Source: Eledone cirrhosa
Taxonomy: Eukaryota
DNA: 64,000 nt
Direction: 5' to 3'
Assembly (NCBI GenBank): GCA_964016885.1
Contig: OZ024742.1
Location: 169,198,001 to 169,262,000, forward strand
Both the position numbers and the translations under genes were made by a program. Numbering within the stretch: the stretch's first letter is position 1; each line of letters starts with the position of its first letter. The notes below the pieces were generated by a model that saw only the letters and a program-made list of their open reading frames with translations, had not been told where the DNA came from and did not search any database. Below are positions 35,566-49,724 of the stretch, piece by piece.

Positions 35566-38500
35566 CTACACAATAAATCCTATCCTACCATACACTGCTA
35601 CTACTACTACTACACTATACATCCTACCATACACTGCTACTACTACTACACTATACATCCTACCATACACTGCTAGTACTACTACACTATACATCCTACC
35701 ATACACTGCTACTACCACCACAACTACTACACTACACATCCTACCATACACTGCTACTACTACCACAACTACTACACTACACATCCTACCATACACTGCT
35801 ACTACTACAACAACTACTACAACTACTACACTATACAACCAACCATACACTGCTACTACCACCACAACTACTACAACTACTACACTACACATCCTACCAT
35901 ACACTGCTACTACTACCACAACTACTACACTACACATCCTACCATACACTGCTACTACCACCACAACTACTACAACTACTACACTATACATCCTACCATA
36001 CACTGCTACTACTACCACAACTACTACAACTACTACACTATACATCCTACCATACACTGCTACTACCACAACAACTACTACAACTACTACACTATACAAC
36101 CTCCCATACACTGCTACTACCACCACAACTACCACAACTACTACACTATACATCCTACCATACACTGCTACTACCACCACCACAACTACTACACTATACA
36201 TCCTACCATACACTGCTACTACTACCACAACTACTACAACTACTACACTATACATCCTACCATACACTGCTACTACTACCACAACTACTACAACTACTAC
36301 ACTATACATCCTACCATACACTGCTACTACTACCACAACTACTACTACTACTACACTATACATCCTACCATACACTGCTACTACTACCACAACTACTACA
36401 CTACACATCCTACCATACACTGCTACTACCACCACAACTACTACAACTACTACACTATACATCCTACCATACACTGCTACTACCACCACAACTACCACAA
36501 CTACTACACTATACATCCTACCATACACTGCTACTACCACCACCACAACTACTACACTATACATCCTACCATACACTGCTACTACTACCACAACTACTAC
36601 AACTACTACACTATACATCCTACCATACACTGCTACTACTACTACAACTACTACACTATACATCCTACCATACACTGCTACTACTACCACAACTACTACT
36701 ACTACTACACTATACATCCTACCATACACTGCTACTACCACCACAACTACTACAACTACTACACTATACATCCTACCATACACTGCTACTACCACCACAA
36801 CTACTACAACTACTACACTATACATCCTACCATACACTGCTACTACCACCACAACTACTACACTATACATCCTACCATACACTGCTGCTACCACAACAAC
36901 TACTACAACTACTACACTACACATCCTACCATACACTGCTACTACTACCACAACTACTACAACTACTACACTATACATCCTACCATACACTGCTACTACT
37001 ACCACAACTACTACTACTACTACACTATACATCCTACCATACACTGCTACTACCACCACAACTACGACAACTACTACACTATACATCCTACCATACACTG
37101 CTACTACCACCACAACTACTACAACTACTACACTATACATCCTACCATACACTGCTACTACCACCACAACTACTACAACTACTACACTATACATCCTACC
37201 ATACACTGCTACTACCACCACAACTACTACACTATACATCCTACCATACACTGCTACTACCACCACAACTACTACAACTACTACACTATACATCCTACCA
37301 TACACTGCTACTACTACCACAACTACTACAACTACTACACTACACATCCTACCATACACTGCTACTACCACCACAACTACTACACTATACATCCTACCAT
37401 GCACTGCAACTACCACCACAACTACTACACTATACATCCTACCATGCACTGCAACTACCACCACAACTACTACACTATACATCCTACCATACACTGCTAC
37501 TACCACCACAACTACTACAACTACTACACCATACATCCTACCATACACTGCTACTACTACCACAACTACTACATCTACTACACTATACATCCTACCATAC
37601 ACTGCTACTACCACCACAACTACTACAACTACTACACTATACATCCTACCATACACTGCTACTACCACCACAACTACTACAACTACTACACCATACATCC
37701 TACCATACACTGCTACTACTACCACAACTACTACAACTACTACACTATACATCCTACCATACACTGCTACTACTACCACAACTACTACAACTACTACACT
37801 ATACATCCTACCATACACTGCTACTACCACCACAACTACTACAACTACTACACTATACATCCTACCATACACTGCTACTACCACCACAACTACTACAACT
37901 ACTACACTATACATCCTACCATACACTGCTACTACTACCACAACTACCACAGCTACTACACTATACATCCTACCATACACTGCTACTACTACCACAACTA
38001 CTACAACTACTACACTATTCATCCTACCATACACTGCTACTACTACCACAACTACCACAACTACTACACTATACATCCTACCATACACTGCTACTACTAC
38101 CACAACTACTACAACTACTACACTATACATCCTACCATACACTGCTACTACTACCACAACTACTACAACTACTACACTATACATCCTACCATACACTGCT
38201 ACTACTACTACTACACTATACATCCTACCATACACTGCCACTACCACCACAACTACTACAACTACTACACTATACATCCTACCATACACTGCTACTACCA
38301 CCACAACTACTACAACTACTACACTATACATCCTACCATACACTGCTACTACCACCACAATCTACTACAGCTACTACACTATACATCCTACCATACACTG
38401 CTACTACTACCACAACTACTACACTATACATCCTACCATACACTGCTACTACTACCACAACTACTACACTATACATCCTACCATACACTGCTACTACTAC

Positions 38501-40745
38501 CACAACTACTACACTATACATCCTACCATACACTGCTACTACTACCACAACTACTACACTACACATCCTACCATACACTGCTACTACTACCACAACTACT
38601 ACACTACACATCCTACCATACACTGCTACTACCACCACAACTACTACATTATACATCCTACCATACACTACTACTACCACCACAACTACTACAACTACTA
38701 CACTATACATCCTACCATACACTGCTACTACCACCACCACAACTACTACACTATACATCCTACCATACACTACTACTACTACCACAACTATTACAACTAC
38801 TACACTATACATCCTACCATACACTGTTACTACTACCACAACTACTACAACTACTACACTATACATCCTACCATACACTGCTACTACCACCACAACTACT
38901 ACAACTACTACACTATACATCCTACCATACACTGCTACTACTACCACAACTACTACACTATACATCCTCCCATACACTGCTACTACCACCACAACTACTA
39001 CAACTACTACACTATACATCCTACCATATACTGCTACTACCACCACCACAACTACTACACTATACATCCTACCATACACTGCTACTACTACCACAACTAC
39101 TAAACTATACATCCTACCATACACTGCTACTACCACCACAACTACTACAACTACTACACTATACATCCTACCATACAGTGCTACTACCACCACAACTACC
39201 ACAACTACTACACTATACATCCTACCATACATTGCTACTACCACCACAACTACTACAACTACTACACTATACATCCTACCATACACTGCTACTACTACCA
39301 CAACTACTACACTATACATCCTACCATACACTGCTACTACCACCACAACTACTACAACTACTACACTATACATCCTACCATACACTGCAACTACCACCAC
39401 AACTACTACAACTACTACACTATACATCCTACCATACACTGCTACTACCACCACCACAACTACTACACTATACATCCTACCATACACTGCTACTACCACC
39501 ACAACTACTACAACTACTACACTATACATCCTACCATACATTGCTACTACTACCACAACTACTACAACTACTACACTATACATCCTACCATACACTGCTA
39601 CTACCACCACAACTACTACAACTACTACACTATACATCCTACCATACACTGCTACTACCACCACAACTACTACAACTACTACACTATACATCCTACCATA
39701 CACTACTACTACTATCACAACTACTACAACTACTACACTATACATCCCACCATACACTGTTACTACTACCACAACTACTACAACTACTACACTATACATC
39801 CTACCATACACTGTTACTACTACCACAACTACTACAACTACTACACTATACATCCTACCATACACTGCTACTACCACCACAACTACTACAACTACTACAC
39901 TATACATCCTACCATATACTGCTACTACCACCACCACAACTACTACACTATACATCCTACCATACACTACTACTACTACCACAACTACTACAACTACTAC
40001 ACTATACATCCTACCATACACTGCTACTACCACCACCACAACTACTACACTATACATCCTACCATACACTGCTACTACTACCACAACTACTACACTATAC
40101 ATCCTACCATACACTGCTACTACTACCACAACTACTACACTATACATCCTACCATACACTGCTACTACCACCACAACTACTACAACTACTACACTATACA
40201 TCCTACCATACACTTCTACTACCACCACAACTACTACAACTACTACACTATGCATCCTACCATACACTGCTACTACTACCACAACTACTACACTATACAT
40301 CCTACCATACACTGCTACTACCACCACAACTACTAAACTACACATCCTACCACCACATCTACACTACAGACCCCCTTAACACCACCACGTCTACACTACA
40401 CACCTCCATACACTGCTACTACCACCACAACTACTACAACTACTACACTATACATCCTACCATACACTGCTACTACCACCACCACAACTACTACACTACA
40501 ACCTACCATACACTGCTACTACCACCACCACAACTACTACACTATACAACCTACCATACACTGCTACTACCACCACAACTACTACACTATACATCCTACC
40601 ATACACTGCTACTACTACCACAACTACTACACTATACATCCTACCATACACTGCTACTACTACCACCACAACTACTACACTATACATCCTACATTACACT
40701 TCTACTACCACCACAACTACTAAACTACACATCCTACCACCACAT
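35566..40745. repeat. Minisatellite, mostly 45/54-bp units (cactatacatcctaccatacactgctactacYaccacaactacta[caactacta])
   Basis: About 5.2 kb of directly visible tandem units with about one G per unit on the plus strand. Confidence 0.97.
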
Positions 40746-40899
40746 CTGCACTACAGACCCCCTTAACACCACCACGTCTACACTACACACCTCCATGACA
40801 CAACCTCCACCACCATGTCTACACTACACACTTCCTTACCACCACCTCTATCACCACAACTACACCTCCATGACACCTCTCACCACATGGCCACGTGCG

Positions 40900-43800
40900 A
40901 ACACCAACAACAACACCACCAACACCACCACCCCAACAACACCACCACTACCACCAACACCAACACGAATAACAAAACTAATACCACCATCACCAACTCC
41001 ACCAACACCACCACCGCCACCAATACCAACACCACCACCCCCAACAACAACACCACTACCACCAACACCAACACCAACACGAATAACAAAACTAATACTA
41101 CCATCACCAACACCACCAACAACACCACCAACAACACCACCAACACCACCAACAACACCACCACCCCCAACAACAACACCACTACCACCAACACCAACAA
41201 CAATACGAATAACAAAACTAATACCACCATCACCAACTCCACCAACACCACCACCACCACCAATACCAACACCACCACCCCCAACAACAACACCACTACC
41301 ACCAACACCAACACCAACACGAATAACAAAACTAATACTACCATCACCAACACCACCAACAACACCACCAACAACACCACCAACACCACCAACAACACCA
41401 CCACCCCCAACAACAACACCACTACCACCAACACCAACAACAATACGAATAACAAAACTAATACCACCATCACCAACACCACCAACACCACCAACAACAC
41501 CACCAACACCACCACCCCCAACAACAACACCACTACCACCAACACCACCACCCCCAACAACAACACCACTACCACCAACACCAACAACAATACGAATAAC
41601 AAAACTAATACCACCATCACCAACAATAACACCACCAACACCACCAACAACACCACCACCCCCAACAACAACACCACTACCACCAACACCAACATGAATA
41701 ACAAAACTAATACCACCATCACCAACACCACCAATAACACCAACACCACCACCCCAACAACACCACTACCACCAACACCAACACCAACACCACCACCCCC
41801 AACAACAACACCACTACCACCAACACCAACACGAATAACAAAACTAATACCACCATCACCAACACCACCAATAACACCACCACCACCACCAACACCAACA
41901 CCAACACCACCAACACCACTACCACCAACACCAACACGAATAACAAAACTTATACCACCATCACCAACACCACCAACAACACCACCAACAACACCACCAA
42001 CACCAATACCAACAACACCACCACCCCCAACAACAACACCACTACCACCAACACCAACATCAATACGAATAACAAAACTAATACCACCATCACCAACACC
42101 ACCAACAACACCACCAACACCACCAACAACACCACCACCCCCAACAACAACACCACTACCACCAACACCAACATGAATAACAAAACTAATACCACCATCA
42201 CCAACACCACCAATAACACCAACACCACCAATAACACAACCACCACCACCAACACCACCACCCCCAACAACAACACCACTACCACCAACACCAACACGAA
42301 TAACAAAACTAATACCACCATCACCAACACCACCAATAACACCACCACCACCACCACCACCACCCCCAACAACAACACCACTACCACCAGCACCAACACC
42401 AACACGAATAACAAAACTAATACCACCATCACCAACACCACCAACAACACCACCAACACCAATACCAACACCACCAACACGAATAACAAAACTAATACCA
42501 CCATCACCAACACCACCAACAACACCACCAACAACACCACCAACACCAATACCAACAACAACACCACCCCCAACAACAACACCACTACCACCAACACCAA
42601 CAACAATACGAATAACAAAACTAATACCACCATCACCAACACCACCAACAACACCACCAACAACACCACCAACACCACCAACAACACCACCACCCCCAAC
42701 AACAACACCACTACCACCAACACCAACATGAATAACAAAACTAATACCACCATCACCAACACCACCAATAACACCAACACCACCACCCCAACAACACCAC
42801 TACCACCAACACCAACACGAATAACAAAACTAATACCACCATCACCAACACCACCAATAACACCACCACCAACACCAACACCCCCAACAACAATACCACT
42901 ACCACCAACACGAATAACAAAACTAATACCACCATCACCAACACCACCAACAACACCACCAACACCACCAACACCAATACCAACACCACCACCCCCAACA
43001 ACACCACTACCACCAACATGAATAACAAAACTAATACCACCATCACCAACACCACCAATAACACCACCACCACCAACACCACCACCAACACCACCAACAC
43101 CAACACCACCACCCCCAACAACAACACCACTACCACCAACACCAACATGAATAACAAAACTAATACCACCATCACCAACACCACCAATAACACCACCACC
43201 ACCAACACCACCAACACCACCACCAACACCAATACCAACACCACCACCCCCAACAACAACACCACTACCACCAACACCAACAACAATACGAATAACAAAA
43301 CTAATACCAACACCACCAACACCAATACCAACACCACCACCCCAACAACAACACCACTACCAACACAAATAACAAAACTAATACCATCATCACCAACACC
43401 ACCAATAACACCACCAACAACACCACCAACACCACCAACAACACCACCACCCCCAACAACAACACTACTGCCACCAACACCAACACCAACATGAATAACA
43501 AAACTAATACCACCATCACCAACACCACCACCAACACCAACACCACCACCCCCAACAACAACACCACTACCACCAACACCAACACGAATAACAAAACTAA
43601 TACCACCATCACCAACACCACCAATAACACCACCACCACCACCACCCCCAACAACAACACCACTACCACCAACACCAACACGAATAACAAAACTAATACC
43701 ACCATCACCAACACCACCAACAACACCACCAACACCAATACCAACACCACCACCCCCAACAACACCACTACCACCAACACCAACATGAATAACAAAACTA

Positions 43801-44037
43801 ATTTCACCATCACCAACACCACCAATAACACCACCACCACCAACACCACCAACACCAACACCACAACCCCCAACAACAACACCACTACCACCAACACGAA
43901 TAACAAAACTAATACCACCATCACCAACACCACCACCACCACCACCAACACCAACACCCCCAACAACAACACCAATACCACCAACACCAATACGAATAAC
44001 AAAACTAATACCACCATCACCAACACCACCAATAACA
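40900..44037. repeat. ACC/AAC-rich compound minisatellite anchored on aataacaaaactaataccaccatcacc
   Basis: About 3.1 kb of variable-length units, almost no G on the plus strand; continues at 44260-44365 after a SINE. Confidence 0.95.
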
Positions 44038-44256
44038 ATGGTTTCTTATATAGGCACAAGGCCAGCAATTTTGGGGGAAGGGAAAAGTCGATGAAATTGA
44101 CCCCAGTGCGTGACTGGTACTTTATTTTATTGACCCCCGTAAGGATGAAAGGCAAAGTTAACCTCGGCGGGATTTGAACTCAGATCATAAAGAGCCGTAA
44201 CTCTATGCAGTAAAGCATGGCGTCCGACCCTCTACCGATACTGCCAATCCACCGCC
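44038..44256 (-). mobile_element. tRNA-derived SINE, family 1
   Basis: Full-length family sequence. Confidence 0.85.
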
Positions 44257-44392
44257 CTCACACCACCAATAACAATACCAACAACAACACCAATAACAAC
44301 ACCAACATTACCAACACCACCAACAATAACACTAACAACAACAAAACCAGCAACAACAACAATGCCCACAATAGACAAATAGACAGATATAC

Positions 44393-44507
44393 CTTCTAGT
44401 CTCTGTTTATAGTATTGATTTCTAGCATAATATTTCCGAAAAGCTTTCTGTATAACTCTGGCATATTTGTCAAACTTTCTCTCACGGACTTCTTCCAATA
44501 GAAATAA
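44393..44507 (-). CDS. MYO1E: Myosin IE/F-like exon 5 (end of motor, IQ motif)
   Basis: [38 protein letters not shown]; AG/GT bounded, 115 nt. Confidence 0.96.
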
Positions 44508-44761
44508 CTGAAATAAAGGAAAGATAACTTTTCAGCAATGACAATATCCTGATTATACAAGGGTTGGCTGAAAAATTAATGGGCTGACCAAGATATTCTC
44601 AAGGAATGACCAAATAAGGTATATATTACAACATAGTGGAAATTACTCTATAGGTGACATAAGTCACTTACAGTGCCCAGAATGTTAACTCTCTGTGTAG
44701 GTACTCGGTCATTGCTGATGGTATGAGTATTTATTTGTAAATGTTCAAGTACATTTCTTAC

Positions 44762-44906
44762 CGATTCAGGGTTTTTTATGAAAACTTTTGTATTTCCCAA
44801 CTGGAACTGATCTGGTGATATATTCACAGAATCCATCAGATGTTTGACACCCCGCGTCACACTACCACTCCAGTTGGGCCATGTTTGAGGGGTGAGAATG
44901 GCATAT
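44762..44906 (-). CDS. MYO1E: Myosin IE/F-like exon 4 (converter)
   Basis: [14 protein letters not shown]...[17 protein letters not shown]; AG/GT bounded, 145 nt. Confidence 0.96.
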
Positions 44907-45339
44907 CTAATATGAAAATAGACAATCAAGAAGAAAAATATCAGATTATGTCAACAAATTATTGGGTTATCATCATAATGAACATCAACGTTATTATACC
45001 ATCATCATCATTCTAACCAGCACAAGCACCATCACCACCACTACCTCTACCATTGCCACCACTTTCACCATTACCACCACCACCACTGTTGCTATCACTA
45101 TCACAGCCATCACCACCACCACAATCACCCCCACCATTGCCACCACTACCGTCGCTGCCACCATTGTCACTACCACCACCACCATTGCTAGCACCATTGC
45201 CACCATCACCCCATCACCACCACAAAAAGAGTGGGTGTTTCTGTTCACTTTTTCCTGCCTTAAGAGTCATCATCGTCATTTTACGTCCATTTTTCCACGC
45301 CAGCATGGAAAAATATATATATATATATATATATATATA

Positions 45340-45846
45340 CTAGCTGAGGTACCCGGTGATACCCGGGAGCCCCTGCTCCCATTAAAATGCCCAATGCCTC
45401 TCAGACCAAAAATGAAATCAAAATATAGAACAGATAATCAAAAGCGAAGACAAATTCATTTACGAAACAATAATACAAACAAATATTGTTGATTGCATTG
45501 GTCAGGTGAAAAAATGTTTGTCAGAGAAGTTGAGTGTTGCTATAAGGAAAAAATTAGAACCCCTATTAGGGGGTTTCATTGCTGAAATTTTGTGAATAGG
45601 CATCATATCTTGTCATTTAACTATGGTTTAAATTTCATATAAATCGAAGGAAAAAAATTAAGCAGGGGTTTTCAGCAGGGGTTTGAACCCCCGGGAAACC
45701 CTTTGATTAAAATGAAATATACGTAAGAAATCAAATGGGCATGAGCCCCACACATGTGTCAAGTTTCATCAAGATCTGTTTGCTAGTTTTTGAGCTTTAG
45801 GCTCACAAACAAACAGACAGAAATTGTCATTTATGTATATATATAT
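45340..45846 (-). mobile_element. Non-autonomous Helitron-like element
   Basis: Minus strand ends cccgggtatcaccgggt (hairpin) acctcag-CTAG; 5' end has a tgtctgtttgtttgtg microsatellite. Confidence 0.7.
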
Positions 45847-46098
45847 GGACATATGATGCGCATGGAGGATGACCGATGGGTGAAGAAGTGCCAGGAAATG
45901 CCAGTTGAAGGAAGACGTGGTAGAGGTAGACCATGAAAAACATGGGCGGAGGTGGTGAGAACAGACCTCAGATCGCTGAAGCTCACGGTGGAGATGACGA
46001 AGGACCGTGACAAATGGAGAGATGCTGTGCTAAATAAAACCCGTCCCACCCTTGCAAGCAGGGAAGAGCAGACGTAAAATGATAATGATGATGATGAT
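45845..46098 (+). mobile_element. RTE LINE 3' end
   Basis: Near-identical to 23425-23677; (GAT)n tail. Confidence 0.9.
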
Positions 46099-46869
46099 GC
46101 TATAAAATTCTTTGTCTTTCTGTTTGTCTGTCTGTCCCTACGCATTCTCTAATGGCTGGACTAAATCAAATCAAATTTTACAAGGTAAAAGTGTCAATAT
46201 GTAATTTTTATTAACATTTTATCAAAAATTATATTTTTATAGTCAATTATAGTAAACCACCACCACCATGACGGATATCACATTTTGTATATGAGTGTGT
46301 ATGTGTCTGAGTGTGTGTGTGTTTGTGCATTCGTTATGTACGTTAGCCTCAGAGAAGTAAACACACATACATACATACAGATAATTGTTTATACTTTTGG
46401 CACAAGGCCAGCAATTACCCAGTACATTACTGGTACTTTATTTTATCGACCCCGTAAGGATGAAAGGCAAAGTTAACCTCGATGGGATTTGAACTCAAAC
46501 CGTAAAGGGACGTAACTATGCTAGAAAGCATGGCATCCGACCCTCTACCGATACTGCCAATTCACCGCCTTACATACACATAATGTGTCTGAGTGTATGT
46601 GAGAGTGTAGATATCATATTTTGTATGTGTATGTGTCTGTCTTAGTATATGTATGCGAATGTATGTTAGAGTATGTGTGTGTGTGTGTGTATGTGTGTGA
46701 GTGTATGTGTGTTGACTGACATAACAATATTTTCTTTAGTCAACTAGAGTAAACCACCACCACAAAGTCATATATATTTTGTATATGAGTGTGCACATCT
46801 TCATATTTATTGTTTACTAATCTGAATAAGAACAGCAGTAATCCGGGCAATGCCGGGTAATTCAGCTAG
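46099..46869 (+). mobile_element. Non-autonomous Helitron-like element containing a family 1 SINE (46382-46570)
   Basis: Starts ctataaaa...tgtttgtctgtctgtcc; ends ccgggcaatgccggg taattcag-CTAG. Confidence 0.7.
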
Positions 46870-47224
46870 TATATAATAACATTAATAAAGTTGCTGATGT
46901 TACATAAATCCTTTATTCATTATAATTATTTCAACAATTCTCCCATGCAATCAAGATGTAATTCATGCATTTGTTGTTGTTATGAGAACGGTATCCTCAG
47001 ATGAAATTTGATTTTGTGATATGCCGCTGGACGCACAAGCAGAAGGACGTGTTTTTCATGCCAGTGGCTTATCACAAAATCGAATTTCATCTGAGGATAC
47101 TGTTCTCATAACAACAGCAAATGCATGAATTACATCTTGAATGCATGGGAGAACCGTTGAAATAATTATAATGAATAAACGATTCATGTAACATCAGCAT
47201 CTTTATTAATGTTATTATTATACT
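46868..47224. repeat. Inverted repeat, about 160-bp arms and 30-nt spacer, with a hammerhead in each arm
   Basis: 46868-47030 is the reverse complement of 47061-47224 with a few mismatches. Confidence 0.92.
47086..47175 (+). ncRNA. Type I hammerhead with 61-nt stem II (mirror copy on minus strand at about 46916-47005)
   Basis: ttcat-CTGAGGA-tactgttctc...gagaaccgtt-GAAA-taatta-TA-atgaa. Confidence 0.78.
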
Positions 47225-47306
47225 GAATCTCCATAACTACAAACTACGAATGTGGAGAGCTTTCTCCTGCTTGCTCTTGTTTTTACCAAAACAATCTCTT
47301 TGGAAC

Positions 47307-47365
<59 letters not shown>

Positions 47366-47504
47366 TAAAGTGAAAGTTAATTGCGTCCATGGGTGGTATG
47401 CTGGGTGAGCACTTGATGCTCTTGGGGGAAGAGTATCAATAGTATTAATATATAAAGGAACAAAGAATCAATGTTGCATCCTATACATATTTAAATATTT
47501 AATT

Positions 47505-47601
47505 ACATATTACATATGTTTCACTGTCGATCAGCTCGAGGAACGATCTATTAATGATCGAACCTGACTCTGAACCTGAATCGGAAGCTCTTCAGATATG
47601 T
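47505..47601 (-). ncRNA. Type I hammerhead with 66-nt stem II, sense to the myosin pre-mRNA
   Basis: Minus strand: acatat-CTGAAGA-gcttccgattcag...ctgatcgacagt-GAAA-catatg-TA-atatgt. Confidence 0.8.
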
Positions 47602-48684
47602 TTTAATGTGTAGGTCCGCATCTGAGAGTCGATGAATCTTTTCCCAAATCCTTCTTATAAGTTAGCACAAATTCTATCATAGTGGCATTCCACCGTATTT
47701 GCTCATTGGTCTATTTTCGGTCAAATAATGAGAGGGTCTCTTTATAAATTAGCAGCTATTCTCACCATCCCGGTCAAATCGTCGCACGTATCCATGTGTG
47801 TCGACCCGTCTGCCTGGCATCCACTGGCCTAATGTTTGAAGTCATCATTAGGGAGATAAAGTAATACGAGTATGCATTGGTGGTGAAAAGTAAGAGGTGA
47901 GGGAGTTAAAATGTAGAATATAAAATAATAAAAAAACTAAAAAATAAAAATAGCCGATAAGGAGATAAAATAAAACAAAAAAGTGGAACAATATATTATA
48001 GACATAAAAATAAAACCCATACAAATATACATATATATACAAAACCAATACAAATATACATATACATACACCAAGTTACATAGGTGAATCTGTCAAGTAA
48101 TAATAGTTTCAAGCTCAATGTGTTAATGTCATTTTAGATAGAAAGAAAAATACAGAAGAGAGGTTAGATTATTTAAAGAATAAAAGAGTTCAGGGATACA
48201 GAACCAGGGCCTCCAAGAGAAATTTTGCAAGGCAGTACAAGACCCTTTTTAGACCCAAAACAGGCAAAGATTTTTCTCAAAATGGATGTTACATGGTTGC
48301 TGTGGCGCCTTCTTAACTCTTGGGCCCTGGAACAAAGTACCGGCTGTGAAAGACTCATGTTAATCCCCTATAATTTAATGAACTCAAGGAATAGATTCTG
48401 GGCTCTTTATAAAGCCACATTGGACACTGGAATAGTTCCTTTATTTTCCTCGGAAGAAAAGATATTAATCTCGAAATATCAGGATATATGAATAAATTAA
48501 GGTTAAAAAACAAGCCCTGTTTCTTATAATTTAATTATTCTCCGTCCAAACCCGCATTGTCGTGACTTTCAAACTTCGAATTCTTTATATCATATACAAT
48601 GCTTCAAGTCAACTACAAATTCCTTCTTTATATATATATATATATAAAAGAAGTAGGATTTCGCTTCAAGCGTAGCTTTATACA

Positions 48685-49093
48685 ATATGTAGAGAAATTT
48701 TGTATTTCGAAGGAAATACGATTTTAGGAAGCCGTAGCTAAGCGAACACCGGTGGGCCCTCAGGTGTTGTCCAACAGAAGCAAGGGGGACAACCGTCTAT
48801 GCATTTCAGGCTTGACTGGCCATTGTCAGGACGATCCCTCCCACTGCTCTGCGACTGCTAGACTTGAAAACAGCCGAGAATAGACAAGAAAACTATATAT
48901 TCTCAGCTGTTTTCAAGTCCAGCAGTCGCAGAGCAGTGGGATGGATCGTCCTAACGATGGCCAGTCAAGCCTGAAATGCATAGACGGTTGTCCCCCTTGT
49001 TTCTGCTGGACAACAGCAGAGGGCGTTAGCCCACTGGTGTTCGCATAGCTACGGCTTCCTAAAATCGTATTTCGAAAGAAATACGAAATTTCT

Positions 49094-49101
<8 letters not shown>
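48685..49101. repeat. Inverted repeat, about 200-bp arms, each with a mutated minimal hammerhead
   Basis: Arms about 48685-48883 and 48897-49101; (TA)n flanks. Confidence 0.92.
48945..48988 (+). ncRNA. Degenerate minimal type I hammerhead (mirror at 48792-48835, minus strand)
   Basis: atcgtc-CTAACGA-tggc cagtcaa gcct-GAAA-tgca-TA-gacggt. The other arm has CTGACAA, so the consensus is CTGACGA. Confidence 0.75.
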
Positions 49102-49155
<54 letters not shown>

Positions 49156-49625
49156 GAAAATTAACAAAGAGAGGACAAGACAGTGAAGGCAAAACAAAAA
49201 ACAATTTTTTGAAATGGAGACCTTAAAAAATTATTTAAAAATACAAACGAAAGACACAGAACTCCAGAGTCTTCAGCCATTGAGATGCACTTAGGCAGTT
49301 AAAACCCTTACCAATGGTAACTTTGGTCCAACTGGGGTCACAGCATCTGACACAAGCCAAAATACTGCCCATGGAGTAAGAGACAAGACAAAACAATGAT
49401 TTGTAGCAATTAAGGTATAACATGTATACATAGAATTTTATGTGACGTACTGTGATTTTTATACCACGAGAGTCTCATGAAAGAAAAAGAAAAGATAAGA
49501 TAGGAGAAAAAAAGAAAAAGGTAGGAAAAAGGTAAGAAGAAAGTAAAATATTGTGTTTTATATATATATGTGTGTGCGCGTGCGTGTGTGTGTATATATA
49601 TATATATATATATTTCTTCCTGTAC

Positions 49626-49724
49626 CTGTTCATAAATTTGCTAAATTCTCTTCTGTATGCAAACCCAGCACGTCGAACTCTGATATTCTCTTTCAGACCT
49701 AAATATTCTATTTGATGAACAACG
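49626..49724 (-). CDS. MYO1E: Myosin IE/F-like exon 3 (SH1/SH2 helix region)
   Basis: [33 protein letters not shown]; AG/GT bounded, 99 nt. Confidence 0.96.

Noticed and set aside
35566-40745. Regular repeat array superficially like CRISPR
   Set aside because: No unique spacers, no cas genes, eukaryotic intron context.
35566-44177. Very long ORFs (930, 1432, 670, 453 aa and others) encoding V-, Y/H-, T/N- and P/T-rich mucin-like proteins
   Set aside because: By-products of triplet-based satellites lacking stops in several frames on both strands; frames switch arbitrarily and there are no domains.
48100-49500. Possible L1/Tx1-like remnants around the 48.7-kb fold-back
   Set aside because: Too decayed to assign a family by eye.
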